The notes under the pieces are model-generated. The model was not told the origin of the DNA. It was given only the letters and a program-made list of their open reading frames with translations, and ran no database searches. A stretch of DNA of 64,000 nt, taken from the NCBI GenBank assembly GCA_019752125.1, contig JAIEMM010000010.1, positions 6,558-70,557 on the forward strand, given 5' to 3'. The position numbers were made by a program, and so were the translations under genes. The DNA comes from Patescibacteria group bacterium (GTDB lineage: Bacteria; Patescibacteriota; Minisyncoccia; Phycocordibacterales; SBAW01). Positions 36,042 through 45,580 of this stretch are shown here, one piece after another (position 1 is the stretch's first letter; every line of letters starts with the position of its first letter).

Positions 36042-36909
36042 AAGGTGCGACGTAAATTCCTGCGCCGATCAAGAGTGCGAGAGCGAACGCGAGCACTGCG
36101 CTATCCTGCGGACCAAAACCAGTGTTAGGTAAGAATGCTGGAATGAAGTTAGAGGTGAGTGTTGGCGTGCCTGGGTATGTGATAGCAGTTGCACCGTTTG
36201 CCACAACGTTGATGGTGCAGTGTGCAGTTTGAACACCATTGTTAACCATGACGGTCTGGACACCTGTGCTTTGGAATACAGTTGTGTAGGAAGGACCGAT
36301 GTTTAATGTAGTGCGGTCAAGTGTGGTCCATGTGTACGCGTTGGAATTGCCGCCGGCAGCCGTGAAAGTTGCTGGCTGTCCTGCCGCAACAGTCTGGTAC
36401 GACGGGCTGCATGTAAGCAGATACTGTCCGTACGGACCTTGGTACGGAACAACTGGCGCAGGACAACCTGGGTTGCCGTACACTCCTGAGATGCATGTGT
36501 TTGTCGGCGCTGGAGGAGTGTTTGAAAGTGTGATTACGCAAGAAACAATTTCGCCGCTCAAACGAGTAAAACCTGAGCAGGTGTTTGAATAGTAAAAGTA
36601 GTAGCCCGAGCTATTCGTACTTGCAGTTACCGAGTAGCTGCCGGGGATAAATGTAACTCCGCGAGTCTCGCCAGTAAAACCAGAAGCGTAGCTCAAGTTG
36701 GCCCCACTTGTGTTATTGATGTATCCCGCCATATAAGGCGAAGTAGCTGTCACAGTCACGATCGGCGCATTGGAAGGCTGGGAGACGCCGGGGGCAAGCA
36801 CGGTTGTAATGACAACCTGCGAATTGGGGCTAGTCTGCGCCAATGCAATAACTGGAAGTGCGACTATAGATATAGAAATGGCTGCTGCAGCAAAACGGCG
36901 GAATGTCAT
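36007..36909 (-). CDS. LPXTG-anchored surface protein (sortase substrate)
   Basis: Signal peptide; Thr/Ser/Gly-rich body; C-terminal FLPNTGFGP, a hydrophobic stretch and KR tail. Directly upstream of the sortase gene. Confidence 0.75.
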   Translation of the reverse strand: MTFRRFAAAAISISIVALPVIALAQTSPNSQVVITTVLAPGVSQPSNAPIVTVTATSPYMAGYINNTSGANLSYASGFTGETRGVTFIPGSYSVTASTNSSGYYFYYSNTCSGFTRLSGEIVSCVITLSNTPPAPTNTCISGVYGNPGCPAPVVPYQGPYGQYLLTCSPSYQTVAAGQPATFTAAGGNSNAYTWTTLDRTTLNIGPSYTTVFQSTGVQTVMVNNGVQTAHCTINVVANGATAITYPGTPTLTSNFIPAFLPNTGFGPQDSAVLAFALALLIGAGIYVAPYVKRAISVTLG

Positions 36910-37057
36910 AGGGAATAAGGGTTGTTATTAAGAATATGTAAGTAATTAGTGCACACGGCACATGGAGCTAGAATGAACCCGCCGCGGTGGGTGAACCTAG
37001 CCGAAAGATTACCACTTTATTTTGAAAATGCAAGACCAGCCTGCTGGTCGGCAAGGC

Positions 37058-37258
37058 TTAAAATCCAGGGATTCCACTGACCCCTTGAGACGCCAAAAAC
37101 GCAGGGAGGACGAAAGGTATTACTACCAACGGAAGGATAAGAAACGACAAGGTAATGATGCTGCTCCACAAGAAATACTTGCGCATTTTTTCTGCTGATT
37201 TGTAGGTAGCGTCGAGCTTCTGTTCGATTCGGTCAAGTTGTTCATTCATATTCTGCAA
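37058..37258 (-). CDS. small membrane protein (hypothetical)
   Basis: 66 aa, one TM helix, immediately downstream of the ZIP gene. Confidence 0.35.
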   Translation of the reverse strand: MQNMNEQLDRIEQKLDATYKSAEKMRKYFLWSSIITLSFLILPLVVIPFVLPAFLASQGVSGIPGF

Positions 37259-37265
37259 TTATAAC

Positions 37266-37988
37266 CTACCCTGCGATAGAAATTGCGACAAAAAGTACTG
37301 CCGCGCCCACAAGAGTCATGAAGGTAGTCCAGAAGGTTGGATGGACATGATGGCTTTCAGGAATAAGATCCGAAGCTCCTATGTAGAGGAAGAAGCCGGC
37401 AAAAAGTGCCAGCAGTAGTCCGAGCCACGCAGCTGAAACCGTAAAGAAAAGTGTGAGTATGATACCAGCGACTGGCGCAATAGCGTCCACAAAAAGCCAG
37501 CGTATTGCTTGGTTCTTCTGTCCTCCATGACGGACCACGACGTTTACCGTGTTGATACCGTCTGAAAAATCGTGAGCCAATACTGCCGCTGCAACAATAA
37601 ATCCAACCACTGGGGAGACCTGGAAGGCCAAGCCGATACCTACACCGTCAAGAAAACTGTGTACAGAGAGAGACCCTGCGCGCGCGTGGCCTCGGGAATG
37701 ACCATGTTCTGCATCGTCTGCGTGGCCATGGCTATGAAGCACTAAAAGACGGTCGAGTAATAGATAAAGCAAAAAGCCCAATGCGATAAAACTAGTTACG
37801 GTAGAAATGTCGTGCGACTCTCCTGCAAGTTCAATGGCCTCAGGTATAAGATCAAAAAACGCAACTGCTATAACAGCGCCGGCGCTAAAGCCGAGGATAA
37901 GATGCAGTCTGTCGCGGAGCTTAAGTGCGAGCATACCGCCAATTATCGTGGCACAAAATGCTGCAATGGAAATTAAAATCAGTGTCAT
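37266..37988 (-). CDS. ZIP-family divalent metal (zinc) transporter
   Basis: 8 TM helices, His-rich loop HSHGHADDAEHGHSRGHARAG, LAHDFSDGI metal-binding motif. Confidence 0.8.
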   Translation of the reverse strand: MTLILISIAAFCATIIGGMLALKLRDRLHLILGFSAGAVIAVAFFDLIPEAIELAGESHDISTVTSFIALGFLLYLLLDRLLVLHSHGHADDAEHGHSRGHARAGSLSVHSFLDGVGIGLAFQVSPVVGFIVAAAVLAHDFSDGINTVNVVVRHGGQKNQAIRWLFVDAIAPVAGIILTLFFTVSAAWLGLLLALFAGFFLYIGASDLIPESHHVHPTFWTTFMTLVGAAVLFVAISIAG

Positions 37989-38004
37989 AAAAAATAATTA
38001 ATTA

Positions 38005-38421
38005 CTAAGAGCATCGAGCACACAGACCGAATAATTCTAGCGAGTGACTATTGATGCTTTTGAATGAAGATGCGTTTTTAGCTGCTTTCGTAAGGGCTGT
38101 TTCGAGTGATGGGTCAGAAAAATCTTCTACCTTCTCACAGTTTGTACACACAAGGTGGTGGTGGTGCTTCTTCCCTATCGAAAGTTCATAGTGTGCGTGC
38201 CCATGACCAAGCTCTGAGCGCATAAGAATATTTGCTTCTGTAAGCGCTTCAAGGGAGCGGTACAAGGTGACCGTATCTTGCTTTCGCTTCAACTTCTTTT
38301 GAATTTCTGCAACGGTAAGAGGCTTGTCCTCTTTCTGAAGCAGCTCAAGTAAGGCAATCTTGCCCGGCGTTGCGCGGAACCCAGCCTTTTGAAGTAGAGT
38401 TTTGTACTCGCCTTTTTGCAT
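38005..38421 (-). CDS. Fur-family metalloregulator (probable Zur)
   Basis: DNA-binding helix KIALLELLQKEDKPLTVAEIQKKL, C-terminal HHHHLVCTNCEKVEDF...CARC zinc sites; adjacent ZIP transporter. Confidence 0.75.
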   Translation of the reverse strand: MQKGEYKTLLQKAGFRATPGKIALLELLQKEDKPLTVAEIQKKLKRKQDTVTLYRSLEALTEANILMRSELGHGHAHYELSIGKKHHHHLVCTNCEKVEDFSDPSLETALTKAAKNASSFKSINSHSLELFGLCARCS

Positions 38422-38441
38422 ACCAGAGAGTATATATTAAA

Positions 38442-38456
38442 TGCAATTTATTTGCA
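38442..38456. promoter_or_regulatory. candidate Fur/Zur box (7-1-7 imperfect palindrome TGCAATT-T-ATTTGCA)
   Basis: Lies in the divergent promoter region between the fur-like gene and the 38499 secreted-protein gene; 13 of 14 positions symmetric. Confidence 0.4.
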
Positions 38457-38498
38457 AATACTTGACGAGTATATGTATGTGGATATATATTCGCTTGT

Positions 38499-38957
38499 AT
38501 GAATAAAAGCAAATTATTTGCAATAATTATTAGTAGTGTCGTATTAGGTACTGCAGGTATTGTATACGCGCAGACCTACTCTGCCCACGGCGCTGGTTCG
38601 CCTGTACTTGAGATAACAAAGCCTGCTCAACCAGTGTCGAGCATAGCACCTATAGGCGCCCAGCGTGTACCGTTTACAAAAGTCGACCTAACAGCGCGAG
38701 GAACAGATATACAGGTCGACGAGATCACAGTTATTCAAACCGGCTTTGCAAATGACGACGCGCTTGAAGATATTCTATTTCTTGATTCGGACGGAGAAGA
38801 GATTACTGTGCCAATCGTTATTCCTGTAGGCACTACCTTACACCTTACAGTGGCAGCAAATATAGCAGATGACGCTGAAGAATTTGCCGGTCAAGCTCCT
38901 TCCCTAACAATCACAAACATCTCTGCTTCTGGAATTATCTATCTGAAACAAGACTAA
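38499..38957 (+). CDS. secreted hypothetical protein
   Basis: Signal peptide MNKSKLFAIIISSVVLGTAGIVYA; 152 aa; transcribed divergently from the candidate Zur box. Confidence 0.45.
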   Translation: MNKSKLFAIIISSVVLGTAGIVYAQTYSAHGAGSPVLEITKPAQPVSSIAPIGAQRVPFTKVDLTARGTDIQVDEITVIQTGFANDDALEDILFLDSDGEEITVPIVIPVGTTLHLTVAANIADDAEEFAGQAPSLTITNISASGIIYLKQD

Positions 38958-40102
38958 TGGTGGTGGCTATGGCTCTGATGAGTTGCGAGCGCATCTCGAT
39001 GTTTTTCAAGGATAAAAGAAGCGACGAAAGTAGTTATTGGAACGGCAAGAATAAGACCAATACTGCCCATGAGTATCCGCACGATCTCGCTCGCAAACAG
39101 CTCGCTATTGAGCATCGAGATAAGGCTCGCGCTGGATGAATAGGTTTGTTTAAGAAGCAACAGCAGAGGCAACGCCACACCCACATACGCTATCGCGAGT
39201 GTATTTACCAACGCCCCAATATGTTCTCGTCCAATGCGTATTGCGCGCTTATATACTTCAGCTCGACTCATATGCGTTCCTGCTCTGAATAACTCTTCCA
39301 CGGCTATCGCCTGACCGATGGCAATGTCGTACAGCACTCCCAAAAGGCCTATCATAATGCCGCCGAACAACAGACCGACCATGTCTATATTTCCTTTAGT
39401 GTTGAAATTAAGATATACGTTTTCTTCAGTCGCAAATCCACTGAAATTGCCTGTGTGTATTACCCAATACGTCGCGAGCCCTGTACTAGCAACCGTTATA
39501 AGCATACCTATGACAGCAGAGCTGGTTGTTCTATTGAAACCATGGGTTATGTACGAACCAAGAATAATTATCAAAGAAGCTACTCCGACACTCACAAATA
39601 TTGGAGAGTGCCCTCCTAATATTCCCGGCAAGAGAACGTAGAAAATAAGGACGAGACTGCCCAGCAAACTAGACAGACCCCTGACACCCTGCAAGCCACC
39701 AAACACAAAGAGGAGCACGAGGAACGCGAGCGTAAGACTAATGAGCAAGTCGAACCTATACGCATCTGAAACCGTCCAATATTCAGTGCCGTCAGATGTG
39801 ATCATGTGACGTACAAAGAACATATCGCCTGTTTCTAATTGAGTAAAATCATTTTGAAACGTAGTAACCTGGCCCTTATCCGGACCATCCAGAACTTCTA
39901 CCGTAAGCATTTGGATTTTTGAAGGCGTGTCAGTTCCAGGGATGATAGCGTTTTGCGTCTGTGTTGCCTCAAGCACCCGTGCTCGTTCAATACGAACAGT
40001 GTCAGGTACAAGCTCTGCTTGAGCATATACGCACAAAGGCATCGCCCCCAACAAGAGTACGATGCCTATAAAAATGTGTGTTACGCGCTTCATGCGAAGC
40101 AA
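38954..40102 (-). CDS. YibE/F-family membrane protein with His-rich C-terminus
   Basis: Signal/TM, periplasmic domain, then 6 TM helices; ends HQSHSHHH. Confidence 0.5.
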   Translation of the reverse strand: MLRMKRVTHIFIGIVLLLGAMPLCVYAQAELVPDTVRIERARVLEATQTQNAIIPGTDTPSKIQMLTVEVLDGPDKGQVTTFQNDFTQLETGDMFFVRHMITSDGTEYWTVSDAYRFDLLISLTLAFLVLLFVFGGLQGVRGLSSLLGSLVLIFYVLLPGILGGHSPIFVSVGVASLIIILGSYITHGFNRTTSSAVIGMLITVASTGLATYWVIHTGNFSGFATEENVYLNFNTKGNIDMVGLLFGGIMIGLLGVLYDIAIGQAIAVEELFRAGTHMSRAEVYKRAIRIGREHIGALVNTLAIAYVGVALPLLLLLKQTYSSSASLISMLNSELFASEIVRILMGSIGLILAVPITTFVASFILEKHRDALATHQSHSHHH

Positions 40103-40108
40103 GAGGGA

Positions 40109-40927
40109 TTATTGAACTGAGGTTGTACTGCTTGCCGCTGCGTTTGTCTTGACTGGCTCTATTTTTGCTAAGCCCTTAATTATTACGTTTATGTCTGCGC
40201 GAGCCGCTTTGAGATCTGTCTCAACTGTTTTCAAGTTAGTGCGAGCTGCCTTAAGCGCCGCTGTATTTGCCGCCATCTGTGTGCTGTCGCCAGTATCAGG
40301 CGCGAGTGAGGCTGTCGAGGAGACGCTTGCTTGTGCCTGCGTGTTTGCGTTGGTTATCTTTGTGGCCAAATCATTAAGTGCCGTTTGGAGAGCTTTTGTA
40401 TCAGCGCCCGCATCTGTCGCAGCCTGGACACGAGCAGCCAGTTTGTTACCAAGTGTTTGCATCATGGTTGAGATGGCAACTGCACGGTCTGCGGCAGCTG
40501 CAATGCGGATCTGTGGCAACACAAGCGCGTACACACGATACGACTGAGTGATGGACTGTATGTCGGCCTTCAAAGTTGCCTCGTCGGTATCTGCTTGGAT
40601 CTTGCTATCTAATGCCTGGAATGCGCTTGTCTGTGTCTGAACAGCATTTGCCAAACTCTGCTTGAATGATGGAGTTACTTGCTGCATTGCTTGAACGCGC
40701 GCATTTATTGAAGTAAGTGCATCAACGCGGCGCTGTAATTCTTGGTGCGCCTTGTCTTTTTTCTTAGTCATTGCGGCGGTTGCAGCGGCACTTACTGTCG
40801 CATTTACAACTGGAGTCTTAACTGTTGTGCTTGCAGTAGCATTTACACCAGTCTGTGCAAACGCGAGTGCTGGAGTAAGAGTTGCGAGACCGAGCAATAG
40901 TGAGAGTGTGTAGAGTAGTTTTTTCAT
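40109..40927 (-). CDS. secreted Ala/Thr/Gln-rich coiled-coil protein (hypothetical)
   Basis: Signal peptide MKKLLYTLSLLLGLATLTPALAFA; low-complexity ATQ-rich helices. Confidence 0.45.
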   Translation of the reverse strand: MKKLLYTLSLLLGLATLTPALAFAQTGVNATASTTVKTPVVNATVSAAATAAMTKKKDKAHQELQRRVDALTSINARVQAMQQVTPSFKQSLANAVQTQTSAFQALDSKIQADTDEATLKADIQSITQSYRVYALVLPQIRIAAAADRAVAISTMMQTLGNKLAARVQAATDAGADTKALQTALNDLATKITNANTQAQASVSSTASLAPDTGDSTQMAANTAALKAARTNLKTVETDLKAARADINVIIKGLAKIEPVKTNAAASSTTSVQ

Positions 40928-40928
40928 A

Positions 40929-41219
40929 TTACTGGCTTATCTGCTTATCATTCATGCTTGAATCGACATCCGATGCGTCGGTTGTATATGCACTCAACTG
41001 TGCATCGATAGCTGCGCTGTCTTGTGCAATGGCCGCATCAGAAGCGTCGCTTGATGCGCTCATACCGTTAATAGGGGCTACCTCCTGGGTTGAGGTAGCG
41101 TTCTGATTTCCAGTCATAGGATTATTTTGTTTGTGTGTGAGCCAGCCGCTCCACCACAAAAGCCATGCGAGGGCGGCGACAACTATTACTGCAATACCCC
41201 ATTTAATTGCCATAGACAT
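40929..41219 (-). CDS. small membrane-anchored acidic protein (hypothetical)
   Basis: TM helix IAVIVVAALAWLLWW followed by an S/D/A-rich tail; 96 aa. Confidence 0.35.
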   Translation of the reverse strand: MSMAIKWGIAVIVVAALAWLLWWSGWLTHKQNNPMTGNQNATSTQEVAPINGMSASSDASDAAIAQDSAAIDAQLSAYTTDASDVDSSMNDKQISQ

Positions 41220-41278
41220 AGTATTTCTTTAGTGCTTAGTCGTAATTTCGAATAATACCGTCAAAGTATACTACAATT

Positions 41279-41962
41279 TCATTGCTTGAAATATATCATT
41301 TGGGTTTCTCCCCCAAGCCACGTGGTAGCGCTACTTCCAGAGACAGGAAATTGTTCTCCTAAATATTTAGGAGTGCGGCCAATAGCCAGGTCAAATGCCG
41401 CTTTTAAAGACGCGGGAATTTCTCGCAAAGAATTGTAAAAATATTTTTCTCCTTGCGAAGCATCGACGCCGTAGGCATCAAGGCCAAGCGTCCGAGCAAT
41501 AAACAAAGCTCTCGGCAAGTGATAGTGCTGCGTTATAACCAACACGCGTGTGACTCCAAATACATCGTGCGCTCGATACATACTGCTGTATGTATCGAAG
41601 CCTGCATAATCAAGAAAGATATCTTCTTGCGGGATACCAAGCGCGAGGAAGTATTTGCCCACTGGATACACTTCGTCATACTGAAGCGTACTGTTGTCGC
41701 CAGTTACTAAAATTTTTGAAACAATGCCGGATTGGTAGAGCACTGCGGCGCGGTCGGCGCGCTCTTTCATGACAGCGGACAAGGTGCCGTTGGACATAAC
41801 AGAGGCACCAAGCACAAGGGCTACCTGAGCCTTAGGCGGAGTGTCTTTGCCGCTGTATATAAAGCGGGCGGTTGAGATATCAACGTACGCAACAACAAGC
41901 ACGCACCCAAAAACGAACAGGAGGAGTGCGAAAAATGTCCATTTCAGTAGTCTCTTTACCAC
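41279..41962 (-). CDS. DUF218 (SanA/YdcF-like) protein
   Basis: N-terminal TM helix; QVALVLGASV...ILVTGDNSTLQYDEV matches the DUF218 family. Confidence 0.65.
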   Translation of the reverse strand: MVKRLLKWTFFALLLFVFGCVLVVAYVDISTARFIYSGKDTPPKAQVALVLGASVMSNGTLSAVMKERADRAAVLYQSGIVSKILVTGDNSTLQYDEVYPVGKYFLALGIPQEDIFLDYAGFDTYSSMYRAHDVFGVTRVLVITQHYHLPRALFIARTLGLDAYGVDASQGEKYFYNSLREIPASLKAAFDLAIGRTPKYLGEQFPVSGSSATTWLGGETQMIYFKQ

Positions 41963-41987
41963 AGCAGTAAGTATACTTTGGCTTCGC

Positions 41988-42665
41988 CTACATTAGTTCT
42001 TCGTCTAACGGGACCACTTCTGTCATTTGCATCTGAGGTGCTGGAATAATGCAGAGCACTTTGCCTGCGATTTTAAAATCTTCTTTCAGAATGATGGGCT
42101 TAAATTTAGGATCTTTTGATTCTGGCCAAAGAATGACCATCCCCTCGCGCTTTTCCAAACGTTTAACTGTGACCATGTCATTTACTATTGCGGCAACTCT
42201 GTCACCGTTTTGCACATCCTCAGTAAAACGAATAAGGACATAGTCGCCGGTGTTAATACCTGCGTCGTTCATACTGTCGCCGATAGCGCGCACCGCAACG
42301 ATGTCACCGTCCTCTTCATCAACAATGCGTTTGTCGACTTCTAGAAATTCATCAGCGCCTTGAGTGTTCTGTGCAAAAACGCTGAGGTCGTCGCAGCCAA
42401 CGTTGGCGATAACGGGTATACTTACTGTCCCCCACGCACCATCCACGTTACGCAGCTCTATATTACGAGAAGCGTTTTTGCGTCGGACTATGTAGCCTTT
42501 GCGCTCCAAAATGTCTAAATACTGTGTAACCGTGCGGAGCGAATTGAAACCGAGTGCGGAGCGAAGCTGTTCGAGTGTTGGAGACTGATTTTGCGTGTAC
42601 ATGTAATCCCGAAGGGTGCTAAGTACTCGCTGCTGCTTAAACGTGAGGAGGTTTTGTATTTGCAT
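41988..42665 (-). CDS. lexA: LexA repressor
   Basis: N-terminal wHTH LTFKQQRVLSTLRDYMYTQNQSPTLEQLRSALGFNSLRTVTQYLDILERKGYI; C-terminal S24 peptidase with AVRAIGDSMNDAGI (Ser) and VTVKRL (Lys). Start taken at MQIQ. Confidence 0.85.
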   Translation of the reverse strand: MQIQNLLTFKQQRVLSTLRDYMYTQNQSPTLEQLRSALGFNSLRTVTQYLDILERKGYIVRRKNASRNIELRNVDGAWGTVSIPVIANVGCDDLSVFAQNTQGADEFLEVDKRIVDEEDGDIVAVRAIGDSMNDAGINTGDYVLIRFTEDVQNGDRVAAIVNDMVTVKRLEKREGMVILWPESKDPKFKPIILKEDFKIAGKVLCIIPAPQMQMTEVVPLDEELM

Positions 42666-42678
42666 ACACTTAGAATAA

Positions 42679-42692
42679 CACAAGTTTGTGTA
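42679..42692. promoter_or_regulatory. candidate LexA operator: perfect palindrome ACACAA-GT-TTGTGT
   Basis: 14-bp perfect inverted repeat 14 nt upstream of the lexA start; a second half-site ACACAAGACACAC follows at about 42700. Confidence 0.4.
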
Positions 42693-42732
42693 TGCAATAC
42701 ACAAGACACACTAGTATGTGGATATCCCTACT

Positions 42733-43023
42733 CTAGTGTTCGTGATGTGTGTGTTTGTGATGTGGGCCTTTGGTAAAAAGCTGGTCGAAGCGTAGCTTTG
42801 CAAAACCAAACAAATAGACAATTTCCAAAATACCGAAGGTGTTGATAAGAAGTATGGCAACAAACCACCATGGCTGGGCGTTGCGTGCTGAGTGCCACAG
42901 CGCCAGACCCTTCCATACGAGTGACCAAAGAGCTGCTAACGCCATCAATCCTAGTAAGGGACCAGCCCAGAACGGAACATTGGTAAACCACCCCTCGTTC
43001 ATCCCATAGTAATGCATATACAT
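42733..43023 (-). CDS. small membrane protein with His-rich tail (hypothetical)
   Basis: 96 aa, 2 TM helices, C-terminal GPHHKHTHHEH; upstream of lexA on the same strand. Confidence 0.4.
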   Translation of the reverse strand: MYMHYYGMNEGWFTNVPFWAGPLLGLMALAALWSLVWKGLALWHSARNAQPWWFVAILLINTFGILEIVYLFGFAKLRFDQLFTKGPHHKHTHHEH

Positions 43024-43059
43024 ATGCCGTAAGTATACAGCACAGAAGCTTGAGAAGGT

Positions 43060-43971
43060 CTAGCGGCCCAAGATAAGGGTGCGGCGGATCTGGTCGAACT
43101 GAGCAACAAGTGCTGCGTGGTCAAACGCGGTGCGCGTTCCAGCTGGATAGTTTGCGAGCTGAGTTGAATGGATCATGTAACGGATTGCTGTGCATGGCAT
43201 AGTGCCTGGAATTGCATAGACGATCTCTTCATAGAGATTGCCTGCCCCTGCACCACCACCAGTGGCTACTGAATACTCAACACTGTTCTCTGTAACTGTG
43301 CCTGGGTTCTTTGCGTCATCGAGGAAAAGAGATGCGGAACACGCAGTTGCGTCTGACAGCTGTTCAACTGAAACATAGGTGTCTGAACTTAGGTTCGTGC
43401 CTGTGGCCATTGTTGTCGGAATAGTAAATTTTACGCCATTGATTTCTAAGCCAGGGCCCATAGCCTGATATTGATACGAAGCATCCGCTGTGTAATCCAT
43501 TGGGTAAAGAATCGAAAAACCAAATTTAGATGAAGCATAGGCCTTCCAGCTTTCTTGTTCGGAAGTTCGAGCGCTTACTTCAATGCAACCCGTATATGTT
43601 TGTTTCCCTTTTTCTTCTACAAAAGCTGTGTTGCCCTTATTCCAAAATACAAACGATTCGTCTTTGTTTGCATATCGTGCGCCACTTGCAGACATTGCGT
43701 GCGGCACTGTCATAGCGCTGCCGTCAGTGAGTTTAAGAGTTACTACGTCTTCAAAATACGAAGCTGTAATTGTTTTTCCTCCATCACACAAATAATTAGC
43801 AGTTGCTATTGGGGTACCAAGCGAAGCCTGGCCTGACCCAAGCAAATTAGAAAGCGGCGGAGTATTACGATACACCCATGCCACAAGACACAGTGCAATA
43901 AGTACAACAACAACAATGACAGTAGTAATAGTCGCGCGTCCGCGCAGAGATGGAACATGTTCAGGAGCCAT
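43060..43971 (-). CDS. membrane-anchored protein with MliC-like (lysozyme-inhibitor fold) domain
   Basis: TM anchor; ANYLCDGGKTITASYFEDVVTLKLTDGSAMTVPHAMSASGARYANKDESFVFWNKGNTAFVEE fits the MliC YxC...SGxxY pattern. Confidence 0.45.
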   Translation of the reverse strand: MAPEHVPSLRGRATITTVIVVVVLIALCLVAWVYRNTPPLSNLLGSGQASLGTPIATANYLCDGGKTITASYFEDVVTLKLTDGSAMTVPHAMSASGARYANKDESFVFWNKGNTAFVEEKGKQTYTGCIEVSARTSEQESWKAYASSKFGFSILYPMDYTADASYQYQAMGPGLEINGVKFTIPTTMATGTNLSSDTYVSVEQLSDATACSASLFLDDAKNPGTVTENSVEYSVATGGGAGAGNLYEEIVYAIPGTMPCTAIRYMIHSTQLANYPAGTRTAFDHAALVAQFDQIRRTLILGR

Positions 43972-43991
43972 GTTCCTAAGTATACCAGGGA

Positions 43992-44270
43992 CTAACGTGG
44001 TTTATACGTGAAGGCTGCAGAAACGCAGCGAAGGCACTTTTCCTGTTTGGGGCGAGTCTTGAGGTAGCGGTTACCGCAGAGGCAGATAAAAATCTGAGTC
44101 TTGTTTGGCTTTTCTATCCAATGGCCGTCCTGCTGGAAGGTTTTATGTGGACCTTGGAGCTGTGCATTAGCGCGTGGCTTAACAACCTCCAGTGTCGCAA
44201 GAGGTTTCTGTGCCAACTTCTTGGCAACTACTTTTGTTGATGAGGTTATTTTCTTAGTTTGCTTCTGCAT
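43992..44270 (-). CDS. small basic C4 zinc-ribbon protein (hypothetical)
   Basis: 92 aa with CLCGNRY-x17-CLRC. Confidence 0.35.
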   Translation of the reverse strand: MQKQTKKITSSTKVVAKKLAQKPLATLEVVKPRANAQLQGPHKTFQQDGHWIEKPNKTQIFICLCGNRYLKTRPKQEKCLRCVSAAFTYKPR

Positions 44271-44276
44271 AGTTGT

Positions 44277-45530
44277 TTAGCCTTCGATGAAGGTAAGGGC
44301 CTTGCCGCGCTTCCCTGCTCGGCCTGTACGGCCAATGCGGTGGATGTAGTCTTCGTGTGTCGAAGGAAGGTCGTAGTTGATGACGTGTGAGACGCCGCTG
44401 ATATCCAAGCCGCGTGCTGCAACGTCTGTCGCAACGAGGACGTTTACATGGTCTTTCTTGAAGAGGTCGAGTGCGCGCTGGCGACCGTTCTGTGTTTTGT
44501 TGCCGTGGATAGACTCAGACTTAAAGCCTTTCTGAGTAAGAGTCTTCGAAAGTTTCTCAACACCGTGCTTGGTGCGGCCGAAGATAAGGACCTTGTCAAA
44601 GCCAGGCTGGATGAGAAGGTCGTGGAGAACAGTGAGCTTGTCAGTGCCACGAGGTACACGGACGACATCCTGTTCAATAGACGCGGAAGACTCGCGAGTC
44701 TTTACAGAGATGCGTACTGGGTTGTGCAAAAATGCACCGATGAGTTTTTCAATTTCAGGAGAAAGTGTTGCTGAGAAGAAGAGCGTGTGGCGAGGTGTCG
44801 GCATAAGCGAAAGAATCGCGCGCATGTCGTTAATGAAGCCCATGTCGAGCATGCGGTCAGCTTCATCGAGCACTACTGTTTTAAAAGTTGAAAGGTTAAG
44901 GGCTTTGCGTTCAAGCAAATCTTTAAGGCGTCCTGGTGTACCAATAACAAAGTTTGGTTTGCGGCGGAGCTGTGAGATCTGTGGACCAATGCTTGCACCT
45001 CCTACGCAGATAGCGTGGTAGATACCGAGGCCTGGAGCAAAACCGCGGAGCTCGTCACCGATCTGGACAGCGAGTTCACGTGTCGGCACCATAACGAGAA
45101 CTTTCTCGTCGCGATTCTTTAAGATTTTATCGATAAGAGGAAGGAGGAAGGTTGCAGTCTTTCCGGTACCTGTGTTGGCAATACCAACAACGTCAGCGCC
45201 AGTAAGTACTTCTGGAATTGCGCGGTCTTGGATAGGAGTTGGGTGCGTATATCCCTTCGCTGCAATGTTTGCCTTAATGCGTTCATCAAAAGCAAAATCT
45301 GCAAAGGTGTGTGTTGGGATAAACTCAACAACCTTCTCTTCAACAATAGTCTTGTTTATAAAACGAGATGGGTCAAAAGAGGAAGCTTTAAAGCCACCCC
45401 TGCCGCGCTGAGGTCCGCGATTACCTCCCCCTCTGTATGGAGGACGTGATGAAGAAAAAGGCCTGTTTCCAGGCTTATTTCCAAAGCGTTGCCCGCCTGT
45501 GGGGCGGGTTTTATTGCCCATATATGCCAT
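44277..45530 (-). CDS. DEAD-box ATP-dependent RNA helicase with RG-rich N-terminus
   Basis: Q-motif, GTGKTATF (motif I), VLDEADRML (DEAD), SAT, ARGLD, HRIGRTGRAG; N-terminal RGGGNRGPQRGRGG. Confidence 0.9.
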   Translation of the reverse strand: MAYMGNKTRPTGGQRFGNKPGNRPFSSSRPPYRGGGNRGPQRGRGGFKASSFDPSRFINKTIVEEKVVEFIPTHTFADFAFDERIKANIAAKGYTHPTPIQDRAIPEVLTGADVVGIANTGTGKTATFLLPLIDKILKNRDEKVLVMVPTRELAVQIGDELRGFAPGLGIYHAICVGGASIGPQISQLRRKPNFVIGTPGRLKDLLERKALNLSTFKTVVLDEADRMLDMGFINDMRAILSLMPTPRHTLFFSATLSPEIEKLIGAFLHNPVRISVKTRESSASIEQDVVRVPRGTDKLTVLHDLLIQPGFDKVLIFGRTKHGVEKLSKTLTQKGFKSESIHGNKTQNGRQRALDLFKKDHVNVLVATDVAARGLDISGVSHVINYDLPSTHEDYIHRIGRTGRAGKRGKALTFIEG

Positions 45531-45580
45531 TACCTATAATAGTAATATATTAGGCCATTTTTGTCAAATCCCCCTCGTTT

